DNA from: Phyllobates terribilis
Taxonomy: Eukaryota
Assembly: GCF_046119375.1 (NCBI RefSeq)
Contig: NW_027362763.1
Span: forward strand, 220,224,001 to 220,288,000
Direction of reading: 5' to 3'
Length of the DNA: 64,000 nt
Shown in pieces: positions 22,514-36,341 of this stretch. Position 1 is the first letter of the stretch. The number at the start of each line of letters is the position of its first letter. Under the pieces are notes generated by a model. It made no database searches. It was not told the origin of the DNA and was given only the letters and a program-made list of their open reading frames with translations. The position numbers and the translations under genes were made by a program.

Positions 22514-24822
22514 ATAAACAGATTGCTTAAGACGTGCATGACACCAGAAGACGCTAAGAGCTTGTATATGTGAAATAACGCAAAGTAATAGTGGAACAGC
22601 TACTGTAAGTATGTCGCGTATGCAAATCAGATGTTTATACAAAGACGGTACAAACCGAAGAAGCCATGTCTTTTTCACAAAATGTGCAAAATGTATTCTT
22701 TGTTTGGAGAGTTTAAAAAGCTTTTTCTTTGGCTAAATAAAGAAGTGAAAACGTTTTCACAATGCATCTACAAATTATCATTTTATTTAGGGAGCAAAAA
22801 CAGGTATGCTCAATGTTTTTAAAAATTAAGAAGTTACTGCTTCTCAACTAGTCATGAACAAATTATCAATATTTTCTGATCTGCAACAGGTTTGTTAATC
22901 TTAAAGTGAGTAAATAATTGCAAAAGCTTTTTATCAATTCTTCCAAAAAATAACTCTTTCTAAGGGAGCAGTAACAGGTTAGCTGTTTTCAAAGTATAGA
23001 AGTAATGGAACAACAAGTTTTTCAAAAACGTATCCCTATTTTGTGAGTTGTTTGATGCTTGAGTATAATCAATTGAGTATGTTTCACATCAGCTCTACAG
23101 TCTATCACTATAAAACAAAGTGTGCAGCCATGAGATGACTGGCTGCCATGACTGTGAAATGACAGTTTCAGCAAAAGAAGCCGCATGGTAGATAGATAGG
23201 AAGGAGCAGGCAATGAGATCACTTGCTTCAGAGTTTACTATAAATCGAGTAGATTTTACTACAGACAATCTTTTAGTTGCACATCACTTGCACTGTGTAT
23301 TGCTGGGGCCAAGACCCTGCTCCACTAATGATATTACCTCCTTGGCACCTCTTTGTCTGTTTCCTCAATCTTATCAACCACCCAAATCTTTATTGGCATC
23401 CCAGAAACAGATGATAGTTTCCTCTTTGGGAAACTGCATGAACTCCCTGCTTACCTGTCTGATTCTGACCTTGAATTTTGCTCTGACTAAGAGAGCCACT
23501 ACCACTGCAATTTCACTTACCACCATGACTCACAGAACCAGCAACTTAGCTTGCTGTTAGAATTGGATCATCCATCTCCTTCAGCACCCATTTCTTTCAG
23601 GTGCAAAATGTGACTAGTCACCTTTTCCAATAAACAAAAGTTGTTCTGTTTCATTATCTTTCTAAGCCCTGGAGTGCTGTGGGTTAGTGAACTAAGCAGT
23701 AGATCAGAAACAGGTATCATTGACGGAATAGAAATTCTACTGTGTACAACATTCAGTGCCGCGGTCCCCTAGGAATTGGGACAGGAAGGTCGGGCGAGAA
23801 GGTGTGGGTGTTTGTTGTGGCACAATTTCAGCTTGCCCACAGCCTCTGCATGCACCATCACTATCACCATCACGTCCAGTTCCCTGTCCCTTGAAACGCG
23901 CCTTGCCCATTTTAAATGGAGGACAATATCTTCCACGCTCAGTACAAATGTCTGAGTTTGGAGAGAACTTATACTGTATGTGATCCGTGTGATGGAGAAA
24001 CCACAGTTTTTAATACCTGGCCTGTAGTTAACTATTTTGAAAAGCAAACTGGTGTCCAAAACTTCGCTGACACACTGAAACAAATTTTTAATGGAGGCCA
24101 GAAATGTCAGTATTTTCTGAACACATTTATGTGATCCGTGTGATGGATAAGCCACAGTTTTAAATACCTGGCCTGTAGGTAACTACAGTATTTTGAGGAG
24201 CGGGGGTGCAATTTTGCCATCTTTACCTAGAGTGCCAACCTCCGTTGTCAGGCAGGGTACACTTTATAGCCTTTATCAAAGGGCCTGATTAGTTTGGATA
24301 GAGGTGTATAGACTTATCTATATATGTTCTGTATGTGTTTTTTGCACTATATCACTTGTTTTATGCTTAATCAATTTGCTCTGAGGACACTCAATGTCCA
24401 TTATTGCCAGTAGTGAGATTGTTATCTGTATTGATTGGACATAGCATTTGTTCCATGAGTTCTGATCTCACTATAAAAGCATGCTTAAGAATTGAGTGAC
24501 CAGATATGGCTTTTTGTGTCCTCTACGTTCAATATTTGTGTGTCAGTCCGTATCTTAAAATTATCTAATAAATAGTGTTGAGCGAGCATGCTCGACACTG
24601 CTCGGTACTCGCCCGAGCATCATGCTACTCGGGATGTTCGGCGAGCACCGAGCATTTCCGGGTTACTCGGGCGGGAGCTCAGGTCTCCGCCCTGCATGTT
24701 TGGCGCTCTTTACAGAGCCAATGAACATGCAGGGATTGCCAGCCAGTCACTGTAATGCCGCAGCCATGTTGGTTGTGGGCATTACATTGATTGGCTGGCC
24801 GCACAGCGTCACCTCGAGTATT

Positions 24823-26006
24823 TGTAACCGGGCGCCGCCATCTTGGACACAGACGGCCGGGATCAGACAGTGTAGGGACAGCGCTGCTGATTTAGGAAGA
24901 GATATATTGTTAGGGGGGCGGTTGCAGACAACTTTATTTAATGGAACACAACCGACCTCGGGGTCTGCAATGCAGCCTAGAGGACTGCTGCCGAACACTT
25001 TCCGGGTGGAAAGGCAAACGACAACTTAAATATTAAACCCTTCCATGTTAATTCACACAGGAACGGGTAAAGCGGTATGCTCTATCTCCGTTAACTGCAC
25101 GGAGGAAGAGAGCGACTGGCGACGCACCTAACAAATATCTTAACCCTTCGTGTTAAGGCACACGGAAGGGTAAGACGGTTCGCACAATCTCCAAGAACCG
25201 CAGGGAGACATGCGACCGTGGGAACAGCAGTAGCCCTGTCTTTGATACAGGCGCTATGCTATGGGGATTGGCGCTAAAGCGGTTCACACAATCTCCAAGA
25301 ACCGCAGGGAGATGTGTGACTGGACTAGGAGCAGTAGCCCTGTCTTCGACACAGGCGCTATGCTATAGGAGAAGGCGCTAGCGTGCGGGTGTGATTCCCG
25401 CCGGGTATTCGAGCCCTCAGCCGGCGAGCTACCGGACTGAGCCAACCCGCTCTATATAGCTCACAGGCGGCTCGGGGTGTAAGGCGAACCCACTGGTCAG
25501 AAGAAGTCTGCAAGGTGAAGCTACCTGCCTACTTAATCTGACCTGCCTAACTAAAGCTAAGGCTCTTAGAGGAGCCCAGAGAAAGCGTGCACACCACAAA
25601 CAGCTAGCTCAAATGATCTGAGCGTGTCGCCATCTTTGTGGGCGGGCCTTTTAAAGATTAAGCCCTGCCCACCGACGCGCTATTGGTGACGTTACCCGTG
25701 AACCAATCAGGCGGTGTCAGGTCACCGGGTCAGGTGGGTGCCAACCACCAATCATGATCCGCCAGGTCACGGACATGCTCAGTATGGCAAAACCTGGACT
25801 TAGATTCCACAAGCCCTGTCTCACTCTGCAACCCAGGCTTAACATTGCTAGGCACAACTACCTGGGAGACAAACAGGGCTTGCGGACCAGCTAGGTGTTG
25901 GAGCTGATGGCAATGCTGAGCAGCATCAGCCCTGGCTGGACTGAAATGGGAGTCCACAGAAGGCCCTGGACCGATTTTGAATCAAGCACCAGACCGACAC
26001 CTAACA
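24823..26006 (-). mobile_element. Probable solo LTR inserted in the 5' region of the hAT element
   Basis: TG...CA ends; flanks TATT / TATA (3 of 4); AATAAA on the minus strand ~110 bp from the left end; internal 104-bp tandem duplication (25183, 25287). Confidence 0.6.
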
Positions 26007-26269
26007 TATATACTGCAAAATAGTTAGTGTAGGGTCTGTAAAGTCTGCCAAATCAAACAAACAGTCCTTCTCAGGACTAATATCCATTCCAGATATCAGG
26101 CAGGCAGGCTGTATAGGAGACGCAGTGGTTATACCAGCAAACGCTGCACTACAGTCCTGGGTGCTACTGTTGCTGAAATTTCTGGACTTAGCTCCTGGTC
26201 TCAGGAGCCAGGAAAAATCCTTTTTTTTCATATAAATCCTCTTTTTTTTTTTTTTTCCTCATTCACACT

Positions 26270-29200
26270 GTACAAATAAACGTCTTATTAACATTTTGGT
26301 GTCCCCCCCCCCCCAAAAAAAAAGTGTGTCTGTGACAGTTCAGACACAAATATATCTTTTTAAAAGTGTCTGGTGTAGGCCAGAGAAATAGAAGTGTGGT
26401 TTTGCAGTTCCACGGTTCAAACCTCTGTATTATCCACTTTTGGGCCATTTTTACCTTAAAAAAAACAGATTGAGTGTGTCGCTCACTGTTCAGCTGCAAA
26501 TATATCTATTTAAAAAAGTCTGGTATACACCTGTAAATTATAACTGTGGTTTTGCCGTTCCACGGTAAAAAATCTCTATTATCCTGCTTTTGGCATTTAT
26601 GGCCATAAAAAAAAGCAGTAATAGTGTCTCCTGATTGCTCAAACACAAATATATCTGCTTAAATAGTCTGGTGTAGGCCAGAGAAATAGAAGTGTGGTTT
26701 TGCAGTTCCACGATTCAAACCTCTGTATTATCCACTTTTGGGCCATTTTTACCTAAAAAAAAACAGTTTGAGTGTGTCGCTCACTGTTCAACCGCAAATT
26801 TATCTATTTAAAAAAGTCTGGTATACACCAGTAAATTACAACTGTGGTTTTGCCGTTCCACGGTAAAAAATCTCTGTTATCCTGCTTTTGGCATTTTTTG
26901 CTGTAAAAAAAACTGTAATAGTGTCTCCTGATTGTTCAGACACAAATATATCTGTTTTAAAGAGACTGGTATACACCAGTAAATTATAACTGTGGTTTTG
27001 CCGTTCCACGGTCAAAAAACTATTATCCAGCTTTTGTTATTTTTTTCATAAAGAAAAACATTAATAGTGTCTCCTGATTGTTCAGACACAAATATATCTG
27101 TTTAAAAGAGTCTGGTGTAGGCCCGAGAAATAGAAGTGTAGTTTTGTAGTTCCACGGGTCACATCTCTGTATTATCCTGCTTTTGGCATTTTTTGCTGTA
27201 AAGAAAAACAGCAATAGTGTTTCCAGATTGTTCAGACACAAATATATCTGTTTATAAGAGTCTGGTATACACCAGTAAATTATAACTGTGGTTTTGCCGT
27301 TCCACGGTAAAAAAAACTCTATTATCCAGCTTTTGGCATTTTTTGCCGTAAAGAAAAACAGTAATAGTGTCTCCTGATTGTTCAGACACAAATATATCTG
27401 TTTTAAAGAGACTGGTGTACACCAGCAAATTACAACTGTGGTTTTGCCGTTCCACAGTAAAAAATCTCTATTATCCAGCTTTTGGTATTTTTTCCGTAAA
27501 GAAAAACAGTAATAGTGTCTCCTGATTGTTCAGACACAAATATATCTGTTTAAAAGAGTCTGGTGTAGGCCCGAGAAATAGAAGTGTGGTTTTGCAGTTC
27601 CACAGGTCAAATCTCTGTATTATCCTGCTTTTGGCAGTTTTTGCAGTAAAGAAAAACAGTAATAGTGTCTCCTGATTGTTGAGACACAAATATATCTGTT
27701 TAAAAAAGTCTGGTGTAGTCCTGAGTAATAGAAGTGTGGTTTTGCAGTTCCACAGGTCAAATCTCTGTATTATCCTGCTTTTGGCATTTTTTGCCATAAA
27801 AAAAAACAGTAATAGTCTCTCCTGATTGTTCAAACACAAATATATCTGTTTAAAAGAGTCTGGTGTAGGCCTGAGAAATAGAAGTGTGGTTTTGCAGTTC
27901 CACGGGTCAAATCTCTGTATTATCCTGCTTTTGGCATTTTCTGCCTTAAAGAAAAACAGTAATAGTGTCTCCTGATTGTTCAGACACAAATATATCTGTT
28001 TAAAAGAGTCTGGTGTAGGCCCGAGAAATAGAAGTGTGGTTTTGCAGTTCCACGGGTGAAATCTCTGTATTATCCTGCTTTTGGCATTTTTTGCCGTAAA
28101 GAAAAACAGTAATAGTGTCTCCCGATTGTTCAGACACAAATATATCTGTTGAAAAGAGTCTGGTGTCGGCCTGAGTAATAGAAGTGTGGTTTTGCAGTTC
28201 CACGGGTGAAATCTCTGTATTATCCTGCTTTTGGCATTTTTTGCCGTAAAGAAAAACAGTAGTAGTGTCTCCTGATTGTTCAGACACAAATATATCTGTT
28301 TAAAAGAGTCTGGTGTAAGCCCGAGAAATAGTAGTGTGGTTTTGCAGTTCCACGGGTCAAATCTCTGTGTTATCCTGCTTTTGGCATTTTTTGCCGTAAA
28401 GAAAAACAGTAATGCTGTCTCCTGATTGTTCAGACACAAATATATCTGTTTAAAAGAGTCTGGTGTAGGCCGAGAAAAAGAAGCGAGGTTTTGCAGTTCC
28501 ACTGGTCAAATCTCTGTATTATCCTGCTTTTGGCATTTTTTGCCGTAAAGATAAACAGTAATAGTGTCTCCTGATTGTTCAGACACAAATATATCTATTT
28601 TAAAGAGTCTGGTGTAGGCCAGAGAAATAGCAGTGTGGTTTTGCAGTTCCACGGGTCAAATCTCTGCATTATCCAGCTTTCGCCATTTTTTTGCCATAAA
28701 GAAAAACAGTAATAGTGTCTCCTGATTGTTCAGACACAAATATATCTGTTTAAAAGAGTCTGACTCTGGAATACACCAGTAAATTATAACTGTTGTTTTG
28801 CCGTTCCACAGTAAAAAAACTCTATCATCCAGCTTTTGGCATTTTTTGCCGTAAAGAAAAACAGTAATAGTGTCTCCTGATTGTTCAGACACAAATATAT
28901 CTGTTTAAAAGAGTCTGGTGTAGGCCCGAGAAACAGAATTGTGGTTTTGCAGTCCCACGGGTCAAATCTCTTTATTATCCTGCTTTTGGCATTTTTTGCC
29001 GTAAAGAAAAACAGTAATAGTGTCTCCTGATTGTTCAGACACAAATATATCTGTTTAAAAGAGTCTGGTGTGGGCCTAAGAAATAGAAGTGTGGTTTTGC
29101 AGTTCCACGGGTCAAATCTCTGTATTATCCTGCTTTTGTCATTTTTTGCCTTAAAGAAAAACAGTAATTGTGTCACCTGATTGTTAAGACACAAATATAT

Positions 29201-29270
29201 CTGTTTAAAAGATTCTGGTGTAGGTCAGAGAAAGAGAACTGTGGTTTTCCTCTTCCACGGTTCTAATCTA
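26270..29270. repeat. Tandem satellite, 150-bp unit, about 20 copies, two subtypes
   Basis: CAGACACAAATATATCTG recurs at 150-bp spacing (GACACA at 27983 and 28133). Confidence 0.95.
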
Positions 29271-29329
29271 CTTTTCATTACCCTTTTTCCATTGATAGTG
29301 CGAGTGTAAGCTAATTTACTTCATTTACA

Positions 29330-32300
29330 ATGGGCAAGGCGCTTATCAAGGGACATGGAACTGGGCTTTCTGGTGATGGTGCATGCAGAGGACGGGGCCG
29401 TGGCCAAGGTGAAAATGTGCCACAACCAACAGCCACATCTTCTCACTCCCAGTTCTTGACCAAATTACTAGGGAAGCACAGAACAACACCAGTATTGCGA
29501 CCTGATCAGTGTGAACAGGTTATTAATTGGATAGAAGATAATACTTCCAGTTACCTGGGCACCACCACCTCCGGTCTGCCTTCAACACGGTCAAATCTTA
29601 GTTGCCGTGAGTCTCGACCGCATACTCCTCCTCACCCTAATGCTCCTTCCCACCATGCCGAGTGTCATCAGACAGCAACTGATCCCACACTTGTACACTC
29701 TGAAGAGCAGTTCACTGGTCCATTTCCAGATTTTTGCCCCTCGCCTGCTCCGCTTGAAGTGGTGGAAGAGGAGATCCCATGTAGCGATGCCCAAAAATTT
29801 GAACAGCCACGGCCACAGGAAGTCGATGCTGGCAATTTGTCACAAGAGGTGGACGATGACGAGACACAATTTCCAGGAAGTGAGGAGGAGGATCGTGGTG
29901 CGCAAGTGGAAGAGGAGGAGGTGGTGGATGATCTAGTAACTGAACCAACGTGGCAGGAGGACATGCAGAGCGAGGCCAGCAGCACACAGGGTGAGGGAGG
30001 CAGAGTACCGAAACTGGCAGGAAGAAGCAGTGTGGTGGCCGCAGAAGGAAGGCGGGCAACCATTACCCGTAACACCAACATGAGGGACGTTGCCAGTACA
30101 AGCTGTAGGTCTTCCAGAGTCTCGAATTCTTTTAAAGACTCTGCTGATAACCCCAAAAAGGCCATTTGTACCACCTGCCATGCCAGCATCAGCAGGGGTG
30201 ACAAAACTACCAGCCTGACCACCACCAGCATGATCAGGCACATGGTAGCAAAGCACCCGACTTTGTGGGGCGAAACCCAGGGTGCACGACCAGTGTCAGC
30301 GGGTGTCACCACTGCTTCTTCCGCTGTTGTGCGTGCAATAGAACCCCCTTTTGTGTGTGCAAGGCAATCCCCTGTCCATACTGCATGCAAAGATGCCCCC
30401 TCCTCTCAGTCTTCACTTGTTATGGCAGTAAAGAAACAGCATCAACGTCCACGTCCACGTCCCACCGCAGCGTTCAATTGTCCATATCCCAGTCCTTTGA
30501 ACGAAAGCAGAAATTCGCAGCCAACGCCCCTCAGGCCACAGTCCTAAATTTGCATATTTCACGACTGCTTGCGTTGGAAATGCTGCCTTTTAGGCTGGTG
30601 GAGACGGAATCCTTCCGCAACCTTATGGCGGTGGCCATCCCTCGGTACTCGGTCCCCAGCCGACACTATTTTGCTCGGTGTGCCATCCCCGCACTACACA
30701 AGCACGTGTCCCAAAACATCTGCTGTGCCCTCAACAACGCAGTTACTGGGAGAGTCCACCTGACAACAGACACGTGGACAAGTGCTTGTGGCCAGGGACG
30801 GTACATCTCCCTGACGGCACACTGGGTAAACATAGTGGAAGTCGGGACCCAGTCGAACCTCGGGACGGAACACATCCACCCCACACCAAGGATTGCGGGC
30901 CCTATGTCAGTCAGAGTTGCCCCCACAGTGTACAGCTCCTGTGCATCATCCTCCTCCTCCTCCTCATGTTCAGCCTCCATCTCAGATATCACCACATCTG
31001 TTACAAGCTGGAAGCACTGCAGTACTGCCTCCGCCAAGCGGCAACAGGCTGTGCTGAAACTCATAAGCTTAGGTGATAAACCTCACACTGCTTCTGAGTT
31101 GTGGACAGCTGTGAAAAAGCAGGCAGATCTGTGGCTGAGACCGCTGAACCTACATCCAGGCATGGTCGTGTGTGACAATGGCCGTAACCATGTGGCGGCT
31201 CTGAGGCGAGGCGAGATCACACACGTACCATGCCTGGCTCATGTGCTTAACCTCGTGGTTCAGCGGTTTCTTAAATCGTACCCCGAGTTGCCAGATCTGC
31301 TCATCAATGTACGCCGCCTGTCAGCTCATTTTCGCAAGTCGGCTACAGCTTCCGCCGACCTTGCTGTGTTGCAGCAGCGTTTGCAGCTTCCGGCACACCG
31401 ACTGGTGTGTGATGTCCCCACACGTTGGAACTCTACCCTCCACATGTTGCTAAGGATTTGTGAGCAGAAGAGAGCAGTTGTGGAGTACCAGCTGCAACAA
31501 GGCCGTCGATATTCAGGTCAGACTCCACACATAAGACCTCCGGAGTGGACCTGGATGTCTGACATATGTACCATCTTGACAAACTTTGAGGAGTCCACCA
31601 AGATGGTGAGTGGTGATGACGCCATCATTAGCGTCAGCATTCCACTTGTCTGTCTTTTGCAATGCTCTCTGCAGAGAATTAAAGAGGAAGCATTGCAGCC
31701 CGAGCATGATGAGATGGATCAAGAAGGCGTAGCGGTCGACTACACACAGCCCAGCCTCATCTCATTCGAACGTGCATTGGGGGACAATGAGGGAGAGGAG
31801 GAGGAGGAGGAAGTACAGGAGCTGGTATCATGCGCTGTAGACGGTAGTACCTGTACAACTGTCATACCGTCGGTTCAGCGTGGGTGGCCTGAGGACAGGG
31901 GGTAGGAGGAGGAGGAGGAGGAGAGCAAGGTCAGTTGTCATCTTGGTGAGGACACGGAAGTCTTGCTCGTTACCAGTCTGGCACGCATGGCTGACTTTAT
32001 GTTACGCTGCCTTAACCGTGACCCTTGCGTTGTCAAAATGTTGGGTGACAGTCATTACTGGTTGGTGACACTTTTAGACCCACGATACAAGGAGAACTTT
32101 CACTCTCTTATTCCTGAGGTGGAGAGGTCTACAAAAATGGGGCAGTACCAGAAGGCCCTTGCTGTAGAACTGTTAAAAAAATTCCCATCTGAACATGCTA
32201 GCGGCAGAGGTCACAGTTCGTTGCCCAACCAAGGCGTACATGCGAGAGAGACGCAACCACAATCCAGCAAAGGCAGGAGAACACTGTCAATGTTCTGGGA

Positions 32301-32680
32301 CAGTTTTCTGAGACCCCCCCCAGCTTACAGGCCTTGAGGCGCGGGGCACTTTCACAAGGAGTGGAAAGTTTCAAAAGGTGGTGAGGGAGTACCTTGCCGA
32401 CCGTACCAGCATCCTCCGTGATTCCTCTGTGCCTTTTAATTTTTGGGTATCCAAGCTGGACATTTGGAATGAACTCGCTCTGTGCGCCTTGGAGGTCCTG
32501 GCCTGCCCTGCCGCAAGCGTGTTATCGGAGTGTGTTTTTAGTGTCGCTGGGGGAATTATAACTTATAAGCGCACTCGCCTGTCAACTGACAATGCTGACA
32601 AGCTGACCCTTATCAAAATGAACAAGGGCTTGATTGGGCCAGACTTCTCATCACCACCAAATGACAGCAGAGTAACATAA
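29330..32680 (+). pseudogene. hAT transposase pseudogene (BED, DDE, dimerisation domain); two frameshifts and one premature stop
   Basis: ORF pieces 29330-30547, 30265-31905, 31963-32337 and 32378-32680 carry CTTC..HMVAKH, LTTDTW, VCDNGRN, PCLAHVLNL, PTRWNS and SVLSECVFS; TAG at 31903 sits in a GAG run. Confidence 0.93.
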
Positions 32681-32854
32681 AGTCAAATCCACTGTGTTAT
32701 TTCGGGAGGTGTATTCACATGCACCGCTTCACACCCACACATGGGTATACGCTTCCTCATTTCGGCTGTTTTATGCTCTTCTCCTTATCCTCAGCCTCCA
32801 CCACCAGTATACCACCAGGGTGACCGTGGTCCATGTTGGCATTATTGCAAGTTC

Positions 32855-34450
32855 CTCCGTCCTTATTTTTGGCAGCTTTAGCTTGGAAGGCATAAGCAAA
32901 GACTATGGGAGACCCACTCCCCAATAATTGGAATAATGTTTGTAATATGCTGTACTGCATGGCTCTTGTAAGGGGCATTGCAAGTTCCTCCATACTAATT
33001 TTTGGTAGCTTTTGCTTGGAAGGCATAAGCAACGACTATGGGAGACCCACTCCCCAATAATGGGAATAATGTTTTTAAGATGCTGTACTGCATGGTTCAT
33101 GTAAGGGACATTGCAAGTTCCTCTGTACTATTTTTGGCAGCTTTTGCTTGGAAGGTATAAGCAAAGACTATGGGAGACCCACTCCTCAATAATGGGAATA
33201 ATGTTTTTAAGATGCTGTACTGCATGGCACTTGTAAGGGGCATTAAAACCGTCTTGTTAAGCTACTGCCACCTCCACCATTCTTCTAAGGGGCATTAAAA
33301 CCGTCTTGTTAAGCTACTGCGACCTCCACGTCTCTTCCAAGGGGCATTAAAACCGTCTTGTTAAGCTACTGCGACCTCCACGTCTCTTCCAAGGGGCATT
33401 AGAACCATCTTGTTAAGCTATTGCGACCTCCACCACTTTTACAAGGGGCATTAAAACCATCTTGTTAAGCTACTGTGACCTCCACCACTTTTCCAAGGGG
33501 CTTTAAAACCGTCTTGTTAAGCTACTGTGACCTCCACGTCTCTTCCAAGGGGCATTAAAATCATCTTGTTAAGCTACTGTGACCTCCACCAATTTTCCAA
33601 GGGGCTTTAAAACCGTCTTGTTAAGCTCCTGTGACCTCCACGTCTCTTCCAAGGGGCATTAAAACCATCTTGTTAAGCTTCTGCGACCTCCACATCTCTC
33701 CCAAGGGGCATTAAAACCATCTTGTTAAGCTACTGTGACCTCCACCACTTTTCCAAGGGGCATTAAAACAGTCTTGTTAAGCTGCTGTGACCTCCATGTC
33801 TCTTCCGAGGGGCATTAAAACAGTCTTGTTAAGTTACTGCGACCTCCACGTCTCATCCGAGGGGCATTAAAACCATCTTGTTAAGCTACTGCGACCTCCA
33901 CGTCTCTTCCAAGGGGAATTAAAAGCGCATTGTTAAACCACTCTGAACTCCACAGCTCTTCCAAGGGGCATTGAAATGTTGTTTTTAATTAACTCTAACC
34001 TCCACGACTCTTTGAACGGGCACTGCATTTCCTCCTAATTTTTGCCAGCTTTTGCTTCAAAGGCATAAGCAAAGACTATGGGAGACCCACTCCCCAATAA
34101 TGGGAATAATTTTTGTAATATGCTGCACTACATGGCTCTCGTAAGGGGCATTGCAAGTTCGTCCATCCTAATTTTTGGCAGCTTTTGCTTGGAAGGCATA
34201 AGCAAAGACTATGGGAGACCCACTCCCCAATAATGGGAATAATGTTTTTAAGATGCTGTACTGTATGGCTCTTATGAGAGGCATTAAAACTGTCTTGTTA
34301 AGCTACTGTGACCTCCACGTCTCTTCAAAGGGGCATTAAAAGCGTCTTGTTAAATCAATCTGTACTCCACAGCTCTTCCAATGGGCATTGAAATGTTGTT
34401 TTTAATTACCTCTAACCTCCACGACTCTTCCAACGGGCATTGAATTTCCT
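32855..34450. repeat. 3' tandem repeats of the hAT element: ~116-bp units interleaved with a 52-bp array (33236-33960, about 14 copies)
   Basis: CTATGGGAGACCCACTCCCCAATAATGGGAATAATG units; AAGGGGCATTAAAACCGTCTTGTTAAGCTACTGCGACCTCCACGTCTCTTCC units. Confidence 0.92.
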
Positions 34451-35840
34451 CCTAATTTTAGCCTTCCATTCACTGCTTAGGCCAACAGTGTACAGGAGAC
34501 CCAGTTGCTACATATGGAAAAAACGGTTTAGTTAATGCCCTCTGACCTCCATGTCACTTCCAAGGGGCTTTGGAGTGACTCTAAATTTTTGGTATTCATT
34601 GCAATCACTGTATGCCCTATAACTGTGTTGCTGAACCGCTCCTTTTGTTACAGAAAGATATCCTACAAGACATGTGTGGTTGACTGGCCTGATATTGATG
34701 AGAATGGTCCCTGTTCCTCCTGCTCTTTCTCCTTTGTCACCACCTCATCAATCATTTATCACCTGAAGCTTTGTTTTAACGGGAGTCATAGAATTGGGAT
34801 AGTAGCAGGAAAACATCCAGCAATCCTCGGAGGAGGTAGGATATGCGCCAAAACGCTGACCACCTCAGGCCTAGCTGCAACTACATACATGCACTTGCAT
34901 TCCAAGAAAACAAAGCAGATGCTAACTTCTATCATCATCATCATGCTCCTCACCTTGGCACTCTCAACTCCTCTGATGGAGAAGCCAGGGCCCACCGGAG
35001 GAGTCTGGTTCTCTGGTTAGCTCGTCCAATGCTGCCCTAAAGCAGGCCAGGCTAAGAAAAGTGTGGGGGAAGTTCCCAGGAGAAATAGGGGCGGCTGGGG
35101 ACTGTTTATGGACACCTGGCCGCCCCCAGGCGGCTGGGGACAGTGTGTGGGCACCAGGCCGCGGGGCGGCTGGGGACCGAGTATGGACACCCGGCCACCC
35201 CCTGGCTGCTGGGGACCGAGTGTGGACACCCGGCCGCCGGGCGACTGGGGACTGAGTTTGGATGCCAGGCCGCCGACGCAGCCATGACGTGGTGGCCAGA
35301 TTCCGCCTCCCCATGCCTAAAAGGCCCAATTTAAAGTGCAAGCAAGCAAGCAGTATGGTACTGCAGCCTGGGGGTGGGTGGGTGTCAAGCTGAATATTTG
35401 TGCTTGCATTGCAAGGAATGGGAGAGGTGCAATTGAACACTGCCCTGGGACAAGGACTTGAACGGGGATAGTTGCAAGTCTGCAGCGGCAGGTGCAGGGT
35501 GGGAGGCATCTTCGCATGTGCTATGAACAGTGGGTTGGCATGCACACACTACAGCGGAATAGGCTGTCCTTCCCACTAAATGCACTGGGGAGGGCACAGG
35601 CAATGTTTTGGTATGAGCGCTTAATCTTATGTATAAGGCGCGCCGGGACAAATATGGGCGGCTGGGGACCGAGTATGGATACCTCGCTGCCGAAGCAGCC
35701 ATGAGGTAGTGGCCAGCTTCAGCCTCCTCCAAACTAAAAGGCCCCATTTCAAGTGCAAGCTAGCAGTATGGCATTGCAGCCTAGGGGTGGGTGGGTGGCA
35801 GGCTACACACTTACGCTTGCATTCCAAGAAAACAAAGCAG

Positions 35841-36209
35841 ATGCTAACTTCTATCATCATCATCATGCTCCTCACCATGGCACTCTCAACTCCCCTGATG
35901 GAGAAGCCAGGGCCCACTAGAGGAGTCAGGTTCTCTGGTGGGCTTGTCCAATGCTGCCCTAAAGGAGGCCTGGCTAAGAAAAGTGTGTGGGAAGGTGACA
36001 GGAGAAATAGGGGCGGCTGGGGACCGTTTATGGACACCCGGCCACCTCCAGGAGGCTGGGGACCGTGTGTGGACACCCGGCTGTGGGGCGGCTGGGGACC
36101 GAGTATGGACACCCAGCCTCTCCCTGGGGGTAGGGGACTGAGCGTGGACATCCGGCCGCCGGGCGGCTGGGGACTGAGTATGGATACCTCGCTGCCGAAG
36201 CAGCCATGA
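35841..36209 (+). CDS. Hypothetical 122-aa ORF, signal-peptide-like N terminus plus GGWGP repeats (copy 2)
   Basis: MLTSIIIIMLLTMALS-TP followed by GGWGP(F/S/C)xDT repeats; no evidence of expression. Confidence 0.3.
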   Translation: MLTSIIIIMLLTMALSTPLMEKPGPTRGVRFSGGLVQCCPKGGLAKKSVWEGDRRNRGGWGPFMDTRPPPGGWGPCVDTRLWGGWGPSMDTQPLPGGRGLSVDIRPPGGWGLSMDTSLPKQP

Positions 36210-36341
36210 GGTAGTGGCCAGCTTCGGCCTCCTCCAAACTAAAAGGCCCCATTTCAAGTGCAAGATAGCAGTATGGCATTGCAGCCTGGGGGTGGGTGGC
36301 AGGCTTCACACTTACGCTTGCATGCCAAGAAAACAAGGCAG

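Noticed and set aside
27471-28502. 343-aa repetitive ORF
   Set aside because: By-product of a 150-bp (50-codon) satellite unit.
33236-33960. CRISPR-like array (also the GGCGGCTGGGGAC repeats at 35090-36680)
   Set aside because: Units are contiguous or separated by mutually homologous sequence rather than unique spacers; no cas genes; eukaryotic context.
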